Source of the DNA: Acidobacteriota bacterium
GTDB lineage: Bacteria > Acidobacteriota > CAIWXX01
Assembly (NCBI GenBank): GCA_040755995.1
Contig: JBFMAF010000032.1
Coordinates: 161,306-225,305 of the forward strand
Direction: 5' to 3'
Length of the DNA stretch: 64,000 nucleotides
Shown here: positions 60,701-64,000 of the stretch, one piece after another
Position numbering within the stretch: the stretch's first letter is position 1
How the letters are laid out: each line of letters opens with the position of its first letter
Position numbers and translations under genes: made by a program
The notes under the pieces: model-generated
Databases searched by the model: none
What the model saw: only the letters and a program-made list of their open reading frames with translations
Told to the model about the DNA's origin: nothing

Positions 60701-63700
60701 CGGGACCCTGACGGCTGTGGCTGCCAACAACGGCTGCGCGCCGGTCACGGACGATTTCCGGATCAGTGTGGACGACGGCCAGGGGTGGACCGCCTCCTTG
60801 TGGTACAACGCGCAGCTCGGCGGCCCACTGCCGCTCGCCCGGGGTGCCTCGGCCACGCTCACGATCGACTGGGCGAGAGACTGGACCCCGCAACCGTACG
60901 TATGCAGCTTCCCGTCTGTCACCGTCACCCTTGACTCGGAGAGGACCCTCTGCGAGTGCACCGATGACAACAACACTGCGACAACCTCGATCGCGGTCGC
61001 CCTGCCGGACCTGGCCGTCCAGGCCATGTCGGCCGAATGCCAGTCCGACGGGATGCTCGATCTTCAGATCACGGTCGCCAACCTGGGGTGCGCCGACATC
61101 ACATCCGATTTCGACCTGACGATCGCCGCGTCGCACCAGTCGAAGACGGTGTCCTTCAAGAGCCTCGGCGGGGCTCTACCGCTGCGCGCCGGCGTCCCGC
61201 AAACGCTCACCGTCACGAAGTGGGCGTTCGACTGCGGCGCCGCGCGACTCGATTTCACCATCACCGCCGATCCGGACGAAAGCGTCTGCGAGCTCTCGTC
61301 GGCAAACAACGTGCTCAGCTGGACGTACCCGATCGGATCCCCCGACCTTCTCTTCGGTGACATCAGCTGGACCTGCAATGCCGACGGGTCGATCAACTTC
61401 ACGATCGTGGTGAAAAACGACGGCCACGCCGGGGCCCCGGGGGCCACCCTGAGTGTCTATGACGAGCGCGGGACGCTGATCCATTCCGAGAAAGTCAGCC
61501 CCAACGGCGGCGGTCAGAGCACCGTGACATTCACGACACCGCCCTATTCCCAAAACCAGGGCCACACATTCAGGTTCCGTCTCGACGGATCGGACGATGT
61601 CTGCGAGTGCGACGGTGCGAACAACGAAGAATCGACTGTCGTCAAGTGCCCGTACACGCCGGAGCCGGTGGCACTGATCACGGGCAAGACGACATCGGGC
61701 GGGAGCAACGTCAACGCGTGCGGCGAGGTCGAGTTTGTTCTGACAGTGCAGAACGTGGGCTCGGGGTACGCCTATGATGTCGTCATCACCGACATTCTCC
61801 CCCCAGGGTTCGAGTATGTCCTCGGATCCACGCGGGCCGAGTGGCCGGCCGGTTCGAGCACTGCCGACCCGTCGACCAGCGGCCGGCAGCTCGTATGGAA
61901 GACCGGCGCGGATCTCGCCGGGGGTGTCCCGGTCGGCGACACGCTCACGCTGCGGTTCAGGGCGAAGGCGCCGTCGTGCGGATCCGGAGGCAGGGATCTT
62001 ACCGACACCATCAAGGCGACTGCGAATGACGCAGGCGGCGATCCCGTTCCGCCTAGAACCGATGATCCCGACGACGTGGACCCGGACGATTCGTCGTCAT
62101 ACACCGTGCACCTCCTCTGCCCGCACCTCAAGGTCACGCGCCAGTGCCCGCCGGTGAGCGAGATAGGGGATGGCGGTGTCGTCGAGTACACGATCGTGAT
62201 AGCGAACGACGGCGATCCGGGCTCCGAGCTCACCATGATCGAAGTGATCGACCGGCTGCCTGCCGGTTGGACGCTGCAGTCCTTCACCAGCGACCCGGCG
62301 CAGCCGGTCAGCGCTCCGTCGCCGGGCAGCGCGGGAACGCTCCATTGGGACTACGGCGACTACCGCCTGCAGCCCGGTTCGCCGATCCGCCTCACCGTCC
62401 GCATAACCGCCGGTTCGGCGGCATGCGGGACCACGCTGGATGACCCGGTCACCGTCACGGCCAGGGATGACTGCGGGACGACGCCGTACTCGGCGGAGCC
62501 CGCGACGTGCCCGGTCCGTGTAACCTGTGGCGAGCCGCTGCTCGAGTTCGGCAAGATCTGCCCGGTCGCCGAACAGCCCGGCGGGATTTTCGTGTTCGAG
62601 CTTGTCGTCAGGAATCCGGGTGATGCCGCGCTGGATGACGTTCGCGTGCACGACAACCTGCCGGACAACTTCCAGTACGTCCCCGGATCGACGGCCGTCG
62701 ATGGATCGGCCGCAGCAGACCCGACGATCGACGGGCAGCTGCTCAAGTGGAGCCTCGGGCGTCTCGACGCACACACCGAGATCCATCTGATCTTCAGCGC
62801 CGTCGTTCCGGCGGACACCGATCCGGGTCGGTACTGCAACCTGGGCTGGGCCGAAGGGACCTGGTCTGCAGGGAAGAGACTGGTGTCCGACCAGAAGGAG
62901 TGCTGCGTGATCACGCGGCGGGAGTCCGTCGAGTGCTGCATCGAGGTTGACCAGACGCCGATATCATGGGACCAGCCGCCCGACAACTACATCTCGATGA
63001 TCGACCCGTACTTCCGGACAGAACCGGCCATGCTAGCTTCCTACGCCGCACTCGACCTTTGGGAGAAGATCGCGGCAGAGCCCGAGACGCCGGCCCACTT
63101 CGTGAAAGAACGCCTGCGGAACTACGCGCTGGCCACCGTCGAGGAGTTCTATCTGCGGTCGAGGCTTGGTGTCGTTCTCGATGACGGGACACTCCGCCTG
63201 TCGGCCGGCGGCGCGTACCCGGAGAGTGGGGACGAAGGCTGGACAGCTTCACGCGAGGATTCGGAGATGACCGCCTCGCAGATCGCAATCGAGCTCCTCG
63301 CCCTCAATCGCGCGGTGCGCGCGGAAGAGGAGCCGGATGCCAGGACGAAGCTCGATAAGCTCATCGAGGAAAGGCTCGCCTTCGTGCGCGCCGCCATCTC
63401 CGACCTGCCGCATTCCTGGAAGATCGACCGCGAGAAGGCGGACCGGCAGGACGAGGACGCGACGCTACACGACCGAGCAGTGCTCTATCTGAGCATGTCT
63501 GAGCTGAGCCGGGCGGGACGCGCGGGTGCAGACCTGCTGGCCGGAGAACTGCTGAAGAGCCTGAAGCCGGTCGACACGGAGGGCTTCGACCGGGAGAGGC
63601 CGCTCGAGGAGCTCTTCTTCACGCTCGCCCTGCTTGAAAACGGGCGCGCAGAACAGGCGGCTCTCAAGATCCGCGAGTTCGAGAAACTGTACGCGGCAGG

Positions 63701-64000
63701 CGAGGTCAAGCCCGATACGATAGGCACGCGAGCGCTCGCCTCGTTTGTGGATGCTCGCGCGGGCGGGACGCTGGCACGCGAGATCCTCTCGCGCGTGGAA
63801 AAGGACTTCCTCGTGCCGGACGCAGGGATACTCGCCGAGCCGCAGTCAGACATGACCTACTCGATCAGCCTTCGCGACTACGCAGCGCTGCTGCTGGCCT
63901 ACCAGACTCGGTTCGGGGACCGCCCGGAAGAGACGGCCGGGATCCTCTACCGGATGACCGAGGACACCGGCCTGTTCCTGAGAGAGAAGAACCTGGCGGT
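51765..64000 (+). CDS. Giant (>4000 aa) Cys-rich secreted DUF11/CARDB repeat protein (putative adhesin), truncated by the window end
   Basis: ATG 51765 (or 51699) with a signal-like peptide; the same frame translates sensibly at spot checks (58200, 63960). Its absence from the ORF track is consistent with no stop before the edge. Confidence 0.85.
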   Translation, partial: MISRKPALILACLLGLTRILPAQGVSVGGDSTINKCETKAYYIEIQNNSGNPLTSIVVTARLGNLTGFSYVNGTSILQINGGPAFCTVDPTPSGTNIVWDIDTDCGGGPYTLNNGDSLRVTFGLATDCTAVSGSLNSRIDYEISGTPMFDETGVHSIQVLPGGVTIKKTPNVIPQRVGQNVTWTLTVENSGLGMIENVEVTDVLGAGLLYVSSNPAGVNAAQTTMWSSTEIPGFASMTPGETITIDITATVIACENLDNTADVRWGCSSSEICFDTATDGGTATASVQRIPQTPNLSFTPPDITFTYCENTSADSVTITNVGDGVAYDVRLCVDFSPLTVVGSSAPYNIGCFEIPDIPAGGSYVLDFTLGYSTWCGGATIAKTLIWIPTYADECGNAFYPPIAISSVNSVADQPSLSVTKTGGPAEIQIGAQVTYTITSAYAGPLSCGTGGSVGIVTVVDTVPNGFTVVDAGGGTWVPGGGGTGGTITWTYMPPASLSTSITLQAPDVTQCETYCFTTFTNSVTATVVDCCGCTLNASASQTTAIECEEQVDSNKTANPATVERCDEVQYTNTYDFSAGATMNLNTLVFEEHAENQQDYVPGSLSVVFDGSDITGCVSITDATPGGYLLLDFSGCAASAVAGRNLTIVYRLAITEATVGACSGTSFYSWSGLDIGTSGNQCLQDGVIYETTVVNVEAPAMSVALSGLDAIIDKCKTESVTLTLSQTSAVANPRDVRLVLSGLNYYIVNPAAVICSGAVAPTSCTPAIVGDDYVWYFADGFTGSGQSATLQMDVQKRCTGGGDLTATAYFDDQCNDDATYDDMCSVSGTDSPLVLLSGDLLIEKTPEVYYAATNTIVWKIYLTNRGTGVAYNVWVDDVLGSGLDYVSAVVDNMTGVTITADQDHNGGAINGATISIAQITAGARREITFTALLIDCDNLTNDVTSSWGCGGLDCQTAVSDSSTVEIPAPLLVNTNVVTTPADSCSSPSGMITVKNAGQTTTYNVQLTETLPAGLLYVSGTTRWRLNGGAWNGPDPAYDPDPTTSPILWTPAEIPGLAELDAGDTVEIDYDLLASCLFTGGNTVLSTSYENPCGQVFTNADSVFTVALRAPQITVTKTRVDEPIDCGQLVEWTITVQNTSGYTLPIIWVEDTMDAAYTYSSSVGDPPFTSDDGTFDGVNTVAWELLNVNHNDTVTLILRATSDSSPCSPDLDNTVLAWWGCGAADGSSATKPGADPPDDNLCLTSTSVSAVRTETREPDLAVLSVQMTPSDIDSCNDSTTVRIVIENSGPTDASDLDLVTTLPAGLSYNAGSSQTCIGTDDTCALAPVLDPAPAGSQLTYYNLGDKSSDIANVLQAAGGNDTLVLELDLRSNCYTTANMGIRLYYYDCCGDTQYNTNLNQTITAVQPSLTITKTPLTSQVDCGDPQTWTITVTNTGTGNAQVIRVEDTPGDWIDVNIGASSPGLYDMGGGVYGWEFNNLAGGASQSFSLVGALNPDGFPNQADCAAALRQNVAATVWGCGTSGDATDGDPRTQGYDCTYGTATSATATLQMPDLVMDSISPSISCTSDGTFSGSISVTVRNSGDGIAYGPFTVQVTDGTGWTGTGTYAGNLGSGSSANVTIDTSTWNPDCSPCTYNITATADSAADVCECNEANNSLGPQAYTPSVPDVQVDGDTLAMTCVVDGQYRISGQVTLRNAGCAGTLTQNVPMRFTLHSGAGCTGAQVAQWTETFTGVSIAAGATQAFTITNYTITGNACTSATACEMSVLAEADYTNAICESDGTNNTRCSDKTFTIPDLRVDSDTLAISCSADGQIRIQGNLVIANDGCGANLVTNIPIRIRVYNSDAACSGANGVITFTQAGVNIPAGGTQAFAINRTLNRNLCTNSTGCQVAVGVELDYTDVICECTNTNNNYCSPNKTVSIPDLQVTGDTLAVSCLQDGQVRVSGDVTVANTGCNAAVAGNLPVRFTLFSNINCGGAQLAQWTETFAGANIAAGASQVFTITNRDIITNICANSTGCQVSLRIEADPAPSTICECNGGNNSRCANKNVSVPDLRITALTPLVSCASDGSLSGTVQVTVNNNGCGAANNVPVRLVSDCGYTFTDQTVVALAAGASTTLTFAFTPDISRCTCAFTATADPDNVVCECDGTDNSLASAPYTSPVPDLTITDIDFSGIICANDNVSGSVSVTVRNEGCGTAGNFQVALATDGCLSFSNQVVGSLAAGASTTLTFNVSGSWADCADGSCDFTATADSTGTVCEYDGTNNNRTETYSLSLPDLVVSDIDFSGIGCANDNISGSVSVTVENRGSGAANNFQVALATDGCLTFTNQTVAALAAGASTTVTFNVSGSWPDCTDCSCDFTATVDPTNAVCECDGTNNSRTETYSFDLPDLTVNSVTPQASCTSDGSLSGTVTVNVSNIGCGAANSVVVRLTSDCGHTFSDQTINLAAGAGTNVVFNYTPTGTACTCTFAAAIDPDNAICECNGTNNSASAAPYTHTTPDLTVTDIDFSGITCAADNVAGSVSVTIANQGCGTAANFEVSLGTDGCLTFSNQAVGSLAAGASTTLTFNVSGSWADCADGSCDFTATVDATGVVCELDGGNNARTETYSSTMPDLVVNDIDFSGIACTNDSISGSVSVTIQNRGFGPANNFEVALATDGCLTFTSQTISLAAGATTTLTFPVSGSWNGCSDCDCVFTASVDPTNVVCECDGTNNTRTETHTSNLPNLVVSAVATNVICLADGSATGTNVTVANTGCAGASNVVVRLFSDCGLTFADRVVNLAAGETRDVIFLFTPGIVSCTCNFTATIDPDNTICECDGTDNTLSGAAAMEIPDIEVQTEAITVACAGDGQYEVSGTVSLVNNGCGPALTANIPIRMTLFGGSGCTGTVLAQWTETLTSVNTPSAGGTQSFTITPSVFSGDFCAGSSNCGVSLLIEADYNESICEWDGTDNTLCVEKTISVPDVALTSLVPSIACNTDGDVSGTLTAVAANNGCAPVTDDFRISVDDGQGWTASLWYNAQLGGPLPLARGASATLTIDWARDWTPQPYVCSFPSVTVTLDSERTLCECTDDNNTATTSIAVALPDLAVQAMSAECQSDGMLDLQITVANLGCADITSDFDLTIAASHQSKTVSFKSLGGALPLRAGVPQTLTVTKWAFDCGAARLDFTITADPDESVCELSSANNVLSWTYPIGSPDLLFGDISWTCNADGSINFTIVVKNDGHAGAPGATLSVYDERGTLIHSEKVSPNGGGQSTVTFTTPPYSQNQGHTFRFRLDGSDDVCECDGANNEESTVVKCPYTPEPVALITGKTTSGGSNVNACGEVEFVLTVQNVGSGYAYDVVITDILPPGFEYVLGSTRAEWPAGSSTADPSTSGRQLVWKTGADLAGGVPVGDTLTLRFRAKAPSCGSGGRDLTDTIKATANDAGGDPVPPRTDDPDDVDPDDSSSYTVHLLCPHLKVTRQCPPVSEIGDGGVVEYTIVIANDGDPGSELTMIEVIDRLPAGWTLQSFTSDPAQPVSAPSPGSAGTLHWDYGDYRLQPGSPIRLTVRITAGSAACGTTLDDPVTVTARDDCGTTPYSAEPATCPVRVTCGEPLLEFGKICPVAEQPGGIFVFELVVRNPGDAALDDVRVHDNLPDNFQYVPGSTAVDGSAAADPTIDGQLLKWSLGRLDAHTEIHLIFSAVVPADTDPGRYCNLGWAEGTWSAGKRLVSDQKECCVITRRESVECCIEVDQTPISWDQPPDNYISMIDPYFRTEPAMLASYAALDLWEKIAAEPETPAHFVKERLRNYALATVEEFYLRSRLGVVLDDGTLRLSAGGAYPESGDEGWTASREDSEMTASQIAIELLALNRAVRAEEEPDARTKLDKLIEERLAFVRAAISDLPHSWKIDREKADRQDEDATLHDRAVLYLSMSELSRAGRAGADLLAGELLKSLKPVDTEGFDRERPLEELFFTLALLENGRAEQAALKIREFEKLYAAGEVKPDTIGTRALASFVDARAGGTLAREILSRVEKDFLVPDAGILAEPQSDMTYSISLRDYAALLLAYQTRFGDRPEETAGILYRMTEDTGLFLREKNLA
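56400..61650 (+). repeat. About 15 tandem Cys-rich CARDB-like coding repeats (~330-390 bp each)
   Basis: Recurring PDL...D....CE(C)xGxNN motif, TGCGAR at about 56699, 57087, 57468, 57858, 58188, 58530, 58869, 59196, 59538, 59874, 60198, 60585, 60951, 61287, 61602. Confidence 0.85.

Noticed and set aside
56400..61650. CRISPR array or non-coding tandem repeat
   Set aside because: The repeats are ~330-390 bp in-frame protein domains with synonymous divergence, not short identical repeats with unique spacers.

Overview
High-GC bacterial window; gene content is compatible with an Acidobacteriota/Myxococcota-like organism (inference only). From left to right: a type III PKS-ICMT-ACP-FAAL lipid cluster; a divergent LysA-like PLP enzyme; secreted hydrolase, binding and beta-helix proteins; an ATP-grasp/zinc-peptidase pair; a frameshifted Ser/Thr kinase-TPR gene with an ECF sigma factor; a Fur-boxed outer-membrane protein and cytochrome c; a PP2C sensor; an ACP-FAAL-PlsC fusion; a Clp-type AAA+ ATPase fused to a GGQ-less release-factor-2-like module; an accessory island (29.2-34.1 kb) of toxin-antitoxin pairs, retropepsin-like proteases and attC-like remnants; and a CoA-activase. 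Next is the top candidate system, a compact four-gene ubiquitination-like operon (E1, membrane protein with two RING-like C8 zinc fingers, Ubl ending in Gly, eukaryote-like HPN-motif E2; 38.4-41.2 kb). It is followed by a wHTH locus with two palindromic operators, an MNT/HEPN-like pair, and a three-gene surface-protein locus ending in a >4000-aa Cys-rich DUF11/CARDB repeat protein that runs off the window. No rRNA, tRNA, CRISPR array, transposase or integrase was recognised. All family calls come from motif recognition by eye; no database searches were run.
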